Notes under the pieces: model-generated | Told to the model about the DNA's origin: nothing | Seen by the model: the letters and a program-made list of their open reading frames with translations, nothing else | The model's database searches: none | Part shown: one piece after another, positions 1 to 16,790 of the stretch | Position numbering within the stretch: position 1 is the stretch's first letter | Layout: the number at the start of each line of letters is the position of its first letter | NCBI RefSeq assembly: GCF_003018255.1 | Contig: NZ_CP027440.1 | Source of the DNA: Escherichia coli | GTDB taxonomy: Bacteria > Pseudomonadota > Gammaproteobacteria > Enterobacterales > Enterobacteriaceae | Reading direction: 5' to 3' (one strand) | Length of the DNA: 64,000 bases | Program-made: the position numbers and the translations under genes

Positions 1-67
1 AACTCCATTTTTATGCGTTTTGCCCTAATATTTATTCTTCTTGTCACGTTTTAATCACTGGATATCG

Positions 68-1450
68 ATGGAAAAGAAACTGGGACTGAGCGCACTCACC
101 GCGCTGGTATTAAGCTCAATGCTGGGCGCGGGTGTTTTCAGTCTGCCGCAAAATATGGCGGCAGTTGCCAGCCCGGCAGCACTGCTCATCGGCTGGGGCA
201 TTACTGGCGCTGGCATTTTATTGCTGGCCTTTGCCATGCTGATCCTCACGCGCATTCGTCCCGAACTTGACGGCGGTATCTTTACCTATGCCCGCGAAGG
301 GTTTGGCGAGCTAATCGGCTTTTGTTCCGCATGGGGATACTGGCTGTGCGCAGTCATCGCCAACGTCTCCTATCTGGTGATCGTTTTTTCCGCGTTAAGC
401 TTTTTTACGGACACGCCGGAATTGCGCCTGTTTGGCGATGGTAATACATGGCAATCGATCCTCGGTGCATCGGCTTTATTGTGGATTGTTCACTTTTTGA
501 TCCTGCGCGGAGTGCAAACCGCTGCCAGCATTAACCTGGTGGCGACACTGGCAAAATTGTTGCCGCTGGGTCTGTTTGTTGTGCTGGCGATGATGATGTT
601 CAAACTGGATACCTTCAAGCTCGACTTCACCGGACTTGCACTTGGCGTACCCGTTTGGGAACAGGTGAAAAACACCATGCTGATCACCCTGTGGGTTTTC
701 ATTGGTGTGGAAGGTGCCGTGGTTGTTTCTGCGCGTGCGCGTAATAAACGTGATGTTGGCAAAGCGACACTGCTGGCGGTTCTCTCCGCTCTGGGCGTTT
801 ACTTGCTGGTAACGCTGCTTTCGCTGGGCGTGGTGGCACGTCCTGAACTGGCTGAAATTCGTAACCCGTCAATGGCCGGACTGATGGTGGAAATGATGGG
901 ACCGTGGGGCGAAATCATCATCGCTGCCGGTTTGATCGTTTCCGTTTGCGGTGCGTACTTAAGCTGGACCATCATGGCGGCAGAAGTTCCGTTCCTGGCA
1001 GCCACTCATAAAGCATTCCCGCGCATTTTTGCGCGCCAGAACGCACAAGCTGCGCCATCCGCTTCACTGTGGCTGACCAATATCTGCGTGCAAATTTGTC
1101 TGGTACTCATCTGGCTGACCGGTTCCGATTACAACACATTGCTGACCATCGCCTCAGAAATGATTCTGGTGCCCTATTTCCTGGTCGGCGCGTTCTTGCT
1201 GAAAATCGCAACCCGTCCACTGCATAAAGCGGTAGGTGTCGGTGCCTGCATTTATGGCTTATGGTTATTGTACGCCTCTGGTCCAATGCACTTGCTGTTA
1301 TCCGTTGTTCTGTATGCACCGGGGCTGCTGGTTTTCCTGTACGCGCGTAAAACGCATACCCATGATAATGTACTGAATCGTCAGGAAATGGTGCTGATTG
1401 GCATGCTGTTAATTGCCTCAGTTCCGGCGACCTGGATGCTGGTGGGATAA
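68..1450 (+). CDS. ydgI: APC-family amino acid transporter (arginine:ornithine antiporter-like), 460 aa from ATG at 68 (ORF track opens at 41)
   Basis: ORF 41..1450; multi-TM hydrophobic protein recognised as YdgI; position upstream of folM. Confidence 0.85.
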   Translation: MEKKLGLSALTALVLSSMLGAGVFSLPQNMAAVASPAALLIGWGITGAGILLLAFAMLILTRIRPELDGGIFTYAREGFGELIGFCSAWGYWLCAVIANVSYLVIVFSALSFFTDTPELRLFGDGNTWQSILGASALLWIVHFLILRGVQTAASINLVATLAKLLPLGLFVVLAMMMFKLDTFKLDFTGLALGVPVWEQVKNTMLITLWVFIGVEGAVVVSARARNKRDVGKATLLAVLSALGVYLLVTLLSLGVVARPELAEIRNPSMAGLMVEMMGPWGEIIIAAGLIVSVCGAYLSWTIMAAEVPFLAATHKAFPRIFARQNAQAAPSASLWLTNICVQICLVLIWLTGSDYNTLLTIASEMILVPYFLVGAFLLKIATRPLHKAVGVGACIYGLWLLYASGPMHLLLSVVLYAPGLLVFLYARKTHTHDNVLNRQEMVLIGMLLIASVPATWMLVG

Positions 1451-1486
1451 CGTTCATCCCATCGTTGGATAGCAAAGGAGATAACG

Positions 1487-2209
1487 ATGGGTAAAGCCCA
1501 ACCCTTGCCAATATTAATTACTGGCGGAGGTCGTCGCATCGGCCTCGCCCTCGCCTGGCATTTCATTAATCAAAAGCAACCGGTGATTATCAGCTATCGG
1601 ACGCACTATCCCGCCATTGATGGACTGATTAACGCAGGTGCGCAGTGTATTCAGGCTGATTTTTCGACCAACGACGGTGTGATGGCGTTTGCCGATGAAG
1701 TACTAAAAAGCACCCATGGCCTGCGTGCTATTTTGCATAACGCCAGCGCGTGGATGGCAGAAAAACCAGGTACACCACTGACCGACGTTCTGGCTTGCAT
1801 GATGCAGATCCACGTTAATACCCCATACCTACTCAACCATGCACTGGAAAGATTACTGCGTGGGCACGGACACGCCGCCAGCGATATCATTCACTTTACC
1901 GATTATGTGGTGGAGCGCGGTAGCGACAAACATATTGCCTATGCTGCAAGCAAAGCGGCACTGGATAATATGACCCGCTCGTTTGCCCGCAAGCTGGCAC
2001 CGGAAGTGAAAGTGAATTCTATTGCGCCATCGCTGATCCTGTTTAATGAGCATGATGATGCCGAATACCGACAACAGGCGCTGAATAAATCACTGATGAA
2101 AACCGCGCCTGGCGAGAAAGAAGTGATCGACCTGGTCGATTACTTACTTACCAGCTGCTTTGTCACCGGACGCAGTTTCCCTCTTGATGGCGGTCGTCAT
2201 CTGCGTTAA
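1487..2209 (+). CDS. folM: dihydromonapterin reductase / alternative dihydrofolate reductase (SDR family)
   Basis: 240 aa ORF; N-terminal GGGRRIG Rossmann motif; recognised as FolM. Confidence 0.9.
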   Translation: MGKAQPLPILITGGGRRIGLALAWHFINQKQPVIISYRTHYPAIDGLINAGAQCIQADFSTNDGVMAFADEVLKSTHGLRAILHNASAWMAEKPGTPLTDVLACMMQIHVNTPYLLNHALERLLRGHGHAASDIIHFTDYVVERGSDKHIAYAASKAALDNMTRSFARKLAPEVKVNSIAPSLILFNEHDDAEYRQQALNKSLMKTAPGEKEVIDLVDYLLTSCFVTGRSFPLDGGRHLR

Positions 2210-2541
2210 TGCAGCTTTATCCAGCATATAATCAACACCCATGCGCTTATCCCCCAGCATGCAACAGAACCAACAAAAGCGGCGGGCAAGCGCATCATTC
2301 CGGTGAAATACCACAGCGACGCCAGGTAAACAAAATAGGGAATAATCGACCACATGCTAAAAATGATGGTTGCGCGTAAGGCTTCAATGCCGCGTTCGCT
2401 GGCAACAATATAATGCGCGATGAGCGCAAAGGTCGGGAAAAGTGGTATCAGCCCGGCGATATAATAATTTTTCGTTTTTGCTAAAACACCAATCAACAGC
2501 ACTACCAGCGCACCGAGCGCGGCTTTGATTACCAGCCCCAT
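2206..2541 (-). CDS. ydgC: GlpM-family inner membrane protein
   Basis: 111 aa hydrophobic ORF convergent with folM, 4-nt stop overlap. Confidence 0.8.
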   Translation of the reverse strand: MGLVIKAALGALVVLLIGVLAKTKNYYIAGLIPLFPTFALIAHYIVASERGIEALRATIIFSMWSIIPYFVYLASLWYFTGMMRLPAAFVGSVACWGISAWVLIICWIKLH

Positions 2542-2669
2542 CTTTTTACCTTAACACTTCCATAACAAGTTATCAGTAGAATACCTGATGAAACCTTGTT
2601 TAGAAACGATTGATAGTAAGTAAAAACAGCGCGGTGTATTGTGACGTTTTTATATCTACCGTGAATGTT

Positions 2670-3389
2670 ATGAACACTATCGTATTTGTGGAAGATGATG
2701 CGGAAGTCGGTTCACTGATTGCCGCGTACCTGGCAAAACATGATATGCAGGTTACCGTGGAACCGCGCGGCGACCGGGCCGAAGAAACTATTCTGCAAGA
2801 AAATCCGGATTTGGTGTTACTCGACATCATGCTACCAGGCAAGGACGGCATGACCATTTGTCGTGATTTACGCGCAAAGTGGTCCGGACCGATTGTTCTT
2901 CTAACCTCTCTCGATAGCGATATGAACCACATCCTGGCACTGGAAATGGGTGCCTGCGACTATATTCTCAAAACGACGCCCCCTGCTGTTTTGTTAGCGC
3001 GTTTACGTTTGCATTTGCGTCAGAATGAGCAAGCCACACTGAGCAAAGGTCTTCAGGAAACGTCTCTGACTCCCTACAAAGCCCTGCATTTCGGCACGTT
3101 GACCATCGATCCTATCAACCGCGTAGTCACCCTGGCTAACACTGAAATCTCGCTCTCGACAGCTGATTTCGAATTATTGTGGGAATTAGCTACCCATGCT
3201 GGGCAAATCATGGACCGCGATGCATTGCTGAAAAATTTACGCGGCGTCAGTTATGACGGACTGGATCGTAGCGTGGACGTGGCTATTTCGCGGTTAAGAA
3301 AAAAACTGCTCGATAACGCCGCAGAACCTTATCGCATTAAAACTGTGCGTAACAAAGGCTATCTTTTTGCGCCTCATGCATGGGAATAA
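2670..3389 (+). CDS. rstA: two-component response regulator RstA (OmpR family), 239 aa from ATG at 2670
   Basis: ORF 2610..3389; receiver domain (VLLDIMLPGKDG) plus winged-helix C-terminus; start MNTIVFVEDD. Confidence 0.9.
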   Translation: MNTIVFVEDDAEVGSLIAAYLAKHDMQVTVEPRGDRAEETILQENPDLVLLDIMLPGKDGMTICRDLRAKWSGPIVLLTSLDSDMNHILALEMGACDYILKTTPPAVLLARLRLHLRQNEQATLSKGLQETSLTPYKALHFGTLTIDPINRVVTLANTEISLSTADFELLWELATHAGQIMDRDALLKNLRGVSYDGLDRSVDVAISRLRKKLLDNAAEPYRIKTVRNKGYLFAPHAWE

Positions 3390-3392
3390 GCG

Positions 3393-4694
3393 ATGAAAAA
3401 ACTGTTTATCCAGTTTTACCTGTTATTGTTTGTCTGCTTCCTTGTGATGTCTCTGCTGGTTGGGCTGGTGTACAAATTTACCGCCGAACGCGCGGGCAAA
3501 CAGTCGCTGGATGATTTGATGAACAGTTCGCTGTATCTGATGCGCAGCGAATTGCGTGAGATCCCCCCACACGATTGGGGTAAGACGCTGAAGGAGATGG
3601 ATTTAAATCTCTCTTTCGATCTGCGAGTCGAGCCACTGAGTAAATACCATCTTGATGATATTTCCATGCACCGGCTGCGTGGCGGCGAAATTGTCGCCCT
3701 GGACGATCAGTACACTTTTTTGCAACGTATCCCGCGCAGCCACTACGTGCTGGCAGTTGGTCCTGTTCCTTATCTTTATTACCTCCATCAGATGCGATTA
3801 CTGGATATCGCCCTGATCGCTTTTATTGCCATTTCCCTCGCCTTTCCGGTGTTTATTTGGATGCGTCCGCACTGGCAGGATATGTTAAAACTGGAAGCAG
3901 CGGCGCAACGATTTGGCGATGGGCATCTCAATGAACGTATCCACTTTGATGAAGGTTCGAGCTTTGAACGACTTGGCGTCGCATTTAACCAGATGGCGGA
4001 CAATATCAACGCCTTGATTGCCAGCAAAAAACAGCTTATTGACGGTATCGCTCACGAACTGCGAACACCGTTAGTGCGCCTGCGTTATCGACTGGAGATG
4101 AGCGATAACCTGAGCGCCGCCGAATCCCAGGCGTTGAATCGCGATATCAGTCAACTTGAAGCTTTAATTGAAGAGCTGCTGACTTATGCCCGACTCGATC
4201 GCCCACAAAATGAGCTTCATCTTAGCGAGCCAGACCTGCCGTTGTGGCTGTCAACGCATCTGGCAGATATTCAGGCAGTAACGCCCGATAAAACGGTACG
4301 GATAAAAACGCTCGCGCAAGGCCATTATGCGGCGTTGGATATGCGCTTAATGGAGCGCGTGCTGGATAATTTGCTCAATAACGCCCTGCGCTACTGTCAC
4401 TCAACGGTTGAAACCAGCCTGCTACTGTCGGGGAATAGAGCGACATTAATTGTTGAGGATGATGGCCCAGGGATTGCCCCAGAAAACCGCGAACATATCT
4501 TTGAACCTTTTGTTCGCCTCGATCCCAGCCGGGATCGCTCAACCGGCGGCTGCGGGCTGGGGCTGGCCATTGTCCACTCTATAGCACTGGCAATGGGCGG
4601 TACGGTTAATTGTGACACCAGCGAACTGGGTGGTGCCCGCTTCTCGTTCAGCTGGCCGTTATGGCATAACATCCCGCAATTTACCTCTGCCTGA
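3393..4694 (+). CDS. rstB: sensor histidine kinase RstB
   Basis: 433 aa; two N-terminal TM segments, H-box (IAHELRTPL), G-box (GLGLAIV); 3 bp after rstA. Confidence 0.9.
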   Translation: MKKLFIQFYLLLFVCFLVMSLLVGLVYKFTAERAGKQSLDDLMNSSLYLMRSELREIPPHDWGKTLKEMDLNLSFDLRVEPLSKYHLDDISMHRLRGGEIVALDDQYTFLQRIPRSHYVLAVGPVPYLYYLHQMRLLDIALIAFIAISLAFPVFIWMRPHWQDMLKLEAAAQRFGDGHLNERIHFDEGSSFERLGVAFNQMADNINALIASKKQLIDGIAHELRTPLVRLRYRLEMSDNLSAAESQALNRDISQLEALIEELLTYARLDRPQNELHLSEPDLPLWLSTHLADIQAVTPDKTVRIKTLAQGHYAALDMRLMERVLDNLLNNALRYCHSTVETSLLLSGNRATLIVEDDGPGIAPENREHIFEPFVRLDPSRDRSTGGCGLGLAIVHSIALAMGGTVNCDTSELGGARFSFSWPLWHNIPQFTSA

Positions 4695-4736
4695 CACTAT
4701 GCGCACGGTGGTCAAGTCACCACCATTGTGCTATAA

Positions 4737-7099
<2,363 letters not shown>

Positions 7100-7212
7100 G
7101 GCCTGCTCCTCACCTGATTAATTTTTTCTTTCTGTTTTGCTTTCGTTAAGCAACTTTTAGCTCACTCATTATTTACCATTTGATAACAAACGTTTGGTCT
7201 TTCGTGCCATGT

Positions 7213-7236
7213 AAAAAAACCGCCCCGAAGGGCGGC
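7213..7236 (-). terminator. rho-independent terminator downstream of fumA
   Basis: On minus strand GCCGCCC-TTCG-GGGCGG hairpin followed by a run of 7 U, immediately after the fumA stop. Confidence 0.7.
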
Positions 7237-7241
7237 TCTGT

Positions 7242-8888
7242 TTATTTCACACAGCGGGTGCATTGTGTGAGTTGTATCTGCTGGAAGAAGTCATTTCCTT
7301 TATCATCCACAAGGATAAACGCCGGGAAATCTTCCACTTCAATTTTCCAGATGGCTTCCATTCCTAGTTCCGGATATTCAACACATTCCAGGCTCTTAAT
7401 ACTTCCCTGCGCCAATACAGCTGCCGGACCACCGATACTGCCGAGGTAGAAACCGCCGTGTTTTTTACAGGCATCTGTCACCTGCTGGCTGCGGTTGCCT
7501 TTCGCCAGCATGATCATACTTCCGCCCTGCGCTTGCAGTTGATCGACATAAGAATCCATCCGTCCGGCGGTCGTTGGGCCAAGAGAACCGGAGGCATAAC
7601 CTTCCGGCGTTTTGGCCGGACCCGCGTAGTAAATCGGATGATCTTTAATATACTGCGGCAGCCCTTCGCCGTTATCCATCCGCTCTTTCAGTTTGGCGTG
7701 AGCAATATCACGACCAACGATAATCGTGCCATTCAGCGATAAGCGTGTAGAAACGGGATACTGCGACAACTGTGCGAGGATCTCTTTCATCGGACGGTTA
7801 AGGTCAACGCGCACCGCTTCGCCTTCTCCCGCTTTACGCAGCTCTTCCGGGATATATTTGCCTGGATTATGTTCCAGTTTTTCGATCCAGATCCCCTGAC
7901 GGTTGATCTTCGCTTTGATATTACGGTCAGCAGAGCAGGAGACGCCCATACCGACCGGGCAGGATGCGCCGTGACGTGGCAGGCGAATCACGCGGATGTC
8001 GTGAGCGAAGTATTTACCACCAAACTGCGCACCCAGACCAAGATTTTGCGCTTCGATCAGCAATTCTTTTTCCAGTTCCACATCGCGGAACGCCTGTCCG
8101 TGCTCATTCCCTTCCGTTGGCAGTTCATCATAGTATTTAGCGGAAGCCAGTTTCACCGTTTTAAGGTTCGTTTCTGCAGAAGTTCCACCAATAACGAACG
8201 CAATATGATACGGAGGACAGGCCGCCGTACCCAGCGTGCGCATCTTCTCAACCAGGTAATTTTTCAGTTTCCCCGGCGTCAGTAACGCTTTGGTTTCCTG
8301 ATAGAGATACGTCTTGTTTGCCGAACCGCCACCTTTGGCGATACAGAGGAATTTGTACTCGTCACCATCAACGGCATAAAGATCGATCTGCGCTGGTAAG
8401 TTAGTGCCGGTATTCACCTCTTTATACATATCCAGCGGCGCGTTTTGCGAGTAGCGCAGATTATCCTCGATATAAGTGTTATAGACACCGCGCGCCAGCG
8501 CCGCTTCATCACCGCCACCGGTCCATACACGCTGCCCTTTTTTACCAACAATAATCGCGGTGCCGGTATCCTGACAGGTTGGCAGAACGCCTTTTGCGGC
8601 GATGTCGGAGTTACGCAGGAATTGCAGCGCCACATATTTATCATTTTCGCTGGCTTCAGGGTCACGCAGAATGTCGGCCACCTGTTGTTGGTGAGCCGGA
8701 CGCAGCATAAATGACGCATCATGAAACGCCTGACGCGCCAACAAAGTTAACGCTTCGGGTGCGACTTTCAAAATCTCCTGCCCTTCAAATTCAGATACGC
8801 TAACGTGTTCTCTGGTTAGCAGGTAATACTCAGTATCATCTTTTTTGAGTGGAAAAGGAGCCTGATAATGAAAGGGTTTGTTTGACAT
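7242..8888 (-). CDS. fumA: fumarate hydratase class I (fumarase A, Fe-S)
   Basis: 548 aa; recognised FumA sequence; upstream of fumC in same orientation. Confidence 0.93.
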   Translation of the reverse strand: MSNKPFHYQAPFPLKKDDTEYYLLTREHVSVSEFEGQEILKVAPEALTLLARQAFHDASFMLRPAHQQQVADILRDPEASENDKYVALQFLRNSDIAAKGVLPTCQDTGTAIIVGKKGQRVWTGGGDEAALARGVYNTYIEDNLRYSQNAPLDMYKEVNTGTNLPAQIDLYAVDGDEYKFLCIAKGGGSANKTYLYQETKALLTPGKLKNYLVEKMRTLGTAACPPYHIAFVIGGTSAETNLKTVKLASAKYYDELPTEGNEHGQAFRDVELEKELLIEAQNLGLGAQFGGKYFAHDIRVIRLPRHGASCPVGMGVSCSADRNIKAKINRQGIWIEKLEHNPGKYIPEELRKAGEGEAVRVDLNRPMKEILAQLSQYPVSTRLSLNGTIIVGRDIAHAKLKERMDNGEGLPQYIKDHPIYYAGPAKTPEGYASGSLGPTTAGRMDSYVDQLQAQGGSMIMLAKGNRSQQVTDACKKHGGFYLGSIGGPAAVLAQGSIKSLECVEYPELGMEAIWKIEVEDFPAFILVDDKGNDFFQQIQLTQCTRCVK

Positions 8889-9086
8889 TGTTCTCTCACT
8901 TACTGCCTGGTTTGGTTATGCTCTGGGCGGGTGTTCCGTTGCCCTGTTAAAAGCGAGTAACAATATCCTACACACTTTTTTAACAAAAACTGAGACTAGT
9001 ACGACTTTTTGCGGCTCCAGGTTACTTCCCGTAGGATTCTTGCTTTAATAGCGGGATTAATTTCCACATTAAAACAGGGATTGATC

Positions 9087-10262
9087 ATGCAAAAACTCAT
9101 TAACTCAGTGCAAAACTATGCCTGGGGCAGCAAAACGGCGTTGACTGAACTTTATGGTATGGAAAATCCATCCAGCCAGCCGATGGCCGAGCTGTGGATG
9201 GGCGCACATCCAAAAAGCAGTTCACGAGTGCAGAATGCCGCCGGAGATATCGTTTCACTGCGTGATGTGATTGAGAGTGATAAATCGACTCTGCTCGGAG
9301 AGGCCGTTGCCAAACGCTTTGGCGAACTGCCTTTCCTGTTCAAAGTATTATGCGCAGCACAGCCGCTCTCCATTCAGGTTCATCCAAACAAACGCAATTC
9401 TGAAATCGGTTTTGCCAAAGAAAATGCCGCAGGTATTCCGATGGATGCCGCCGAGCGTAACTATAAAGATCCTAACCACAAGCCGGAGCTGGTTTTTGCG
9501 CTGACGCCATTCCTTGCGATGAACGCGTTTCGTGAATTTTCCGAGATTGTCTCCCTGCTCCAGCCGGTCGCAGGTGCACATCCGGCGATTGCTCACTTTT
9601 TACAACAGCCTGATGCCGAACGTTTAAGCGAACTGTTCGCCAGCCTGTTGAATATGCAGGGGGAAGAAAAATCCCGCGCGCTGGCGATTTTAAAATCGGT
9701 GCTCGACAGTCAGCAGGGTGAACCGTGGCAAACGATTCGTTTAATTTCTGAATTTTACCCGGATGACAGCGGTCTGTTCTCCCCGCTGTTGCTGAATGTG
9801 GTGAAATTGAATCCTGGCGAAGCGATGTTCCTGTTCGCTGAAACACCGCACGCTTACCTGCAAGGCGTGGCGCTGGAAGTGATGGCGAACTCCGATAACG
9901 TGCTGCGTGCGGGTCTGACGCCTAAATACATTGATATTCCGGAACTGGTTGCCAATGTGAAGTTCGAAGCCAAACCGGCTAACCAGTTGTTGACCCAGCC
10001 GGTGAAACAAGGTGCAGAACTGGACTTCCCGATTCCTGTTGATGATTTTGCCTTCTCGCTGCATGACCTTAGTGATAAAGAAACCACCATCAGCCAGCAA
10101 AGTGCCGCCATTTTGTTCTGCGTCGAAGGCGATGCAACGCTGTGTAAAGGTTCTCAGCAGTTACAGCTTAAACCGGGTGAATCAGCGTTTATTGCCGCCA
10201 ACGAATCACCGGTGACTGTCAAAGGCCGCGGCCGTTTAGCGCGTGTTTACAACAAGCTGTAA
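9087..10262 (+). CDS. manA: mannose-6-phosphate isomerase, 391 aa from ATG at 9087
   Basis: ORF 9009..10262 opens at an upstream TTG; true start MQKLINSVQNYAWGSK. Confidence 0.93.
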   Translation: MQKLINSVQNYAWGSKTALTELYGMENPSSQPMAELWMGAHPKSSSRVQNAAGDIVSLRDVIESDKSTLLGEAVAKRFGELPFLFKVLCAAQPLSIQVHPNKRNSEIGFAKENAAGIPMDAAERNYKDPNHKPELVFALTPFLAMNAFREFSEIVSLLQPVAGAHPAIAHFLQQPDAERLSELFASLLNMQGEEKSRALAILKSVLDSQQGEPWQTIRLISEFYPDDSGLFSPLLLNVVKLNPGEAMFLFAETPHAYLQGVALEVMANSDNVLRAGLTPKYIDIPELVANVKFEAKPANQLLTQPVKQGAELDFPIPVDDFAFSLHDLSDKETTISQQSAAILFCVEGDATLCKGSQQLQLKPGESAFIAANESPVTVKGRGRLARVYNKL

Positions 10263-10319
10263 GAGCTTACTGAAAAAATTAACATCTCTTGCTAAGCTTA
10301 TTAAAGGCTTATAACACCT

Positions 10320-10350
10320 TCAGGCGGCCAGTCCGCCTGATTTCATTTTA
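10320..10350 (+). terminator. candidate terminator hairpin after manA
   Basis: TCAGGCGG-CCAGT-CCGCCTGA stem-loop followed by TTTCATTTTA. Confidence 0.5.
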
Positions 10351-10362
10351 TGGATAATCATT

Positions 10363-11871
10363 ATGAATAAATCGCTGGTAGCGGTAGGCGTCATTGTTGC
10401 GCTAGGCGTAGTCTGGACAGGCGGCGCATGGTATACAGGCAAGAAGATTGAAACCCATCTCGAAGACATGGTCGCGCAGGCGAACGCGCAACTCAAACTG
10501 ACCGCTCCTGAATCCAACCTGGAAGTGAGTTATCAAAACTATCATCGCGGCGTATTCAGCAGTCAGCTGCAACTGTTGGTGAAACCCATTGCCGGGAAAG
10601 AAAATCCGTGGATTAAAAGCGGTCAGAGCGTCATCTTCAACGAATCGGTTGATCATGGTCCCTTCCCCCTTGCCCAGCTAAAAAAACTGAACCTGATCCC
10701 GTCGATGGCATCAATTCAAACCACGCTGGTTAATAATGAAGTAAGCAAACCACTGTTTGATATGGCAAAAGGTGAAACGCCTTTTGAGATTAACTCCCGC
10801 ATTGGTTACAGCGGTGATTCCAGTTCCGATATTTCGCTCAAGCCGCTGAATTACGAGCAAAAGGATGAAAAAGTCGCCTTTAGCGGCGGCGAGTTCCAGT
10901 TAAATGCGGACAGAGACGGCAAAGCTATCTCCCTTTCCGGGGAGGCGCAAATTGGTCGGATAGACGCAGTTAACGAATACAACCAGAAAGTGCAGTTGAC
11001 CTTTAATAATCTGAAAACCGACGGTTCCAGCACGCTGGCAAGTTTTGGTGAGCGCGTAGGAAACCAAAAACTGTCACTGGAAAAAATGACCATTTCAGTG
11101 GAAGGCAAAGAACTGGCACTGCTGGAAGGCATGGAGATCAGCGGTAAATCGGATCTGGTCAATGACGGTAAAACGATCAATAGCCAACTGGATTACTCGC
11201 TAAACAGCCTGAAGGTACAGAATCAGGATCTGGGCAGCGGCAAGCTGACTTTAAAAGTCGGCCAGATTGATGGCGAAGCCTGGCATCAGTTTAGCCAGCA
11301 ATATAACGCGCAAACTCAGGCGCTGCTGGCACAGCCAGAAATTGCCAACAATCCCGAACTTTATCAGGAGAAAGTGACGGAAGCCTTCTTTAGCGCCCTG
11401 CCGCTGCTGCTGAAAGGCGATCCGGTGATTACTATCGCGCCACTAAGCTGGAAAAACAGTCAGGGTGAAAGTGCGCTGAATCTGTCGCTGTTCCTGAAAG
11501 ATCCGGCAACGACTAAAGAAGCGCCGCAAACGCTGGCGCAGGAAGTAGATCGTTCGGTTAAATCTCTGGATGCGAAACTGACCATTCCGGTGGATATGGC
11601 AACTGAGTTGATGACTCAGGTAGCGAAGCTGGAAGGTTATCAGGAAGATCAAGCGAAAAAACTGGCGAAACAGCAAGTTGAAGGTGCATCAGCAATGGGG
11701 CAGATGTTCCGTCTGACCACCTTGCAGGACAATACCATCACCACCAGCCTGCAATATGCTAACGGTCAGATCACGTTAAACGGGCAGAAAATGCCACTGG
11801 AAGATTTCGTTGGTATGTTTGCAATGCCGGCATTAAACGTTCCGGTCGTACCCGCTATTCCGCAGCAGTAA
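10363..11871 (+). CDS. ydgA: DUF945-family periplasmic/membrane protein
   Basis: 502 aa with N-terminal signal/TM; position between manA and uidC. Confidence 0.8.
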   Translation: MNKSLVAVGVIVALGVVWTGGAWYTGKKIETHLEDMVAQANAQLKLTAPESNLEVSYQNYHRGVFSSQLQLLVKPIAGKENPWIKSGQSVIFNESVDHGPFPLAQLKKLNLIPSMASIQTTLVNNEVSKPLFDMAKGETPFEINSRIGYSGDSSSDISLKPLNYEQKDEKVAFSGGEFQLNADRDGKAISLSGEAQIGRIDAVNEYNQKVQLTFNNLKTDGSSTLASFGERVGNQKLSLEKMTISVEGKELALLEGMEISGKSDLVNDGKTINSQLDYSLNSLKVQNQDLGSGKLTLKVGQIDGEAWHQFSQQYNAQTQALLAQPEIANNPELYQEKVTEAFFSALPLLLKGDPVITIAPLSWKNSQGESALNLSLFLKDPATTKEAPQTLAQEVDRSVKSLDAKLTIPVDMATELMTQVAKLEGYQEDQAKKLAKQQVEGASAMGQMFRLTTLQDNTITTSLQYANGQITLNGQKMPLEDFVGMFAMPALNVPVVPAIPQQ

Positions 11872-11880
11872 TTCACGGCC

Positions 11881-11912
11881 AAAACGCCGGAGGTTTTTCT
11901 CTCCGGCGTAAT
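11881..11912. terminator. bidirectional terminator between convergent ydgA and uidC
   Basis: CGCCGGAG-GTTTTTCT-CTCCGGCG perfect 8-bp stem, A/T runs on both sides. Confidence 0.6.
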
Positions 11913-11915
11913 TTC

Positions 11916-13181
11916 TTACTTCAGCATAAAGTCATACTGAATACTCATTTTCACATCCCAGTAATTCAGGCGATCGCCCAGCGCACTGCCATCTCGCTTT
12001 TCCTGCCCTTTATCGGCAGCAAGAAAGAAATTCATCCCTTGTAACGGCCCTTCGCTGACCCGATAGTTCATACCACCTAAGATACCCGCGCCTTCAATCC
12101 GCACATCTCGTTTACTGGATTCATAGCCGCGAGTCACAATCGGTGCAAATGTCAGTGTAAATTGCGGCGTTAAACGATAGTTGACGCCCAATTGCCAGGA
12201 CTGCATTCCTTCACGGTTACGATCAAGACTTAATGAAAAGGGATAGCCAATGTCGGTATCCACCACGGCACCATTCATTGCATGGCGCAAATAACCACCA
12301 CTGCCAAATACGCTTCCCCACGGCGCATTCCAGGTCAATTGTCCACTAACCAACGCCGTTTCATTGGGCTGCCTGGTATTACGACTTAAACCTTCGAGTT
12401 GCGCGTAAAAGCCGAGCAACTCCCCTTTCAACGTATAATTCGGGTCGAGCGGTATGCTTTTCTCGAGAATACTTTGTATCTGATTGGATACATCTTTCTG
12501 TACCGATGCCCCCAGAGAATAGCGACTGGTATCATCATGCCAACTGGCGGCTAAAAAAGAACGTGCGCGATGTTTATCGTATTTTCCCGTCTGGCTGTTA
12601 TACACCCCTTCATCACGAATACCGGTTGTTGAATCGGTCCATAAAAATACTCGTGACCGCCACATTCCCCACAGATCAATATTTGGCGTTAAAGCCCAAT
12701 AACCTAATGCTCCTTCAGAAACTGTCGGTAATGTACGTTGCGAACTGCCAGCCATTAACGGAATACGATAAGGTAAGCTACCATAACTATAATCCGTCCC
12801 GAAGCGACCTAATTTAAGCAGGCTATTTTCACTGGGTTTTATTTTTACTGCCCCCAGGGCAAAGCCAAAACTTTTATCACCATCAAGATACCACCGGGTA
12901 CTCATATCAGCACGAGCACCTAATTTATAAACATAATACGCCCCGCCTTCAACGCCAATAATATTGGAATAATAACCACTATTGAAATCGAGCAATCCTC
13001 CCTGTACCCATGCGTAAATATCTCTTCCCGTGCCAGCACTGGGCTTATCAGCCCTGCGTAATTCGTTTTTCAGTCTGATGCGTAGTCCCGCTTCATCGTC
13101 AGCCGGTTGCGCCGCATAAGCAGAGGTAAGGCCAGAGGCAGCCGTCAGGCAAATAACGGCCATGGCCACTATTTTTCTCAT
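11916..13181 (-). CDS. uidC: outer membrane porin-like protein of the glucuronide operon
   Basis: 421 aa with signal peptide, ends in aromatic residue context typical of beta-barrels; downstream of uidB. Confidence 0.85.
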   Translation of the reverse strand: MRKIVAMAVICLTAASGLTSAYAAQPADDEAGLRIRLKNELRRADKPSAGTGRDIYAWVQGGLLDFNSGYYSNIIGVEGGAYYVYKLGARADMSTRWYLDGDKSFGFALGAVKIKPSENSLLKLGRFGTDYSYGSLPYRIPLMAGSSQRTLPTVSEGALGYWALTPNIDLWGMWRSRVFLWTDSTTGIRDEGVYNSQTGKYDKHRARSFLAASWHDDTSRYSLGASVQKDVSNQIQSILEKSIPLDPNYTLKGELLGFYAQLEGLSRNTRQPNETALVSGQLTWNAPWGSVFGSGGYLRHAMNGAVVDTDIGYPFSLSLDRNREGMQSWQLGVNYRLTPQFTLTFAPIVTRGYESSKRDVRIEGAGILGGMNYRVSEGPLQGMNFFLAADKGQEKRDGSALGDRLNYWDVKMSIQYDFMLK

Positions 13182-13219
13182 AGTTGCACCTTTGATGTTC
13201 TGATTATTTTTATTGAATA

Positions 13220-16462
<3,243 letters not shown>

Positions 16463-16790
16463 CTGTGTTGCACACAGTTATCTGTGAGAAACCCATGGAA
16501 GAGAAATGGAAATAAAAAGAACTGACACCGGGATCAAAAAACCAAAAACTGCAATACCCACAGCGTGATATAGATCGCATTAATCTTTAAAACGGCGTTG
16601 ACAGAAGCCATAAAATAAGCAACCGAACGTTCGTTCGAGCATAATGGGAACGATAAACTCTCATGATATATTGCTACGATGAATATTTAGGTGGGATTCT
16701 CCGATCCCTGGGAGGATGATTTTTGCACAGAGAAATTACGATATGAAACGCGGGCTCAGTTGTCACCAGCCCGCGGAAAGAGAGAGAGGA

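Noticed and set aside
16750-16772. Hairpin GCGGGCT-N9-AGCCCGC just downstream of uidR, as a possible terminator
   Set aside because: No U-tract follows on the uidR strand, and it lies in the uidA promoter region; function unclear, so not reported as a feature.
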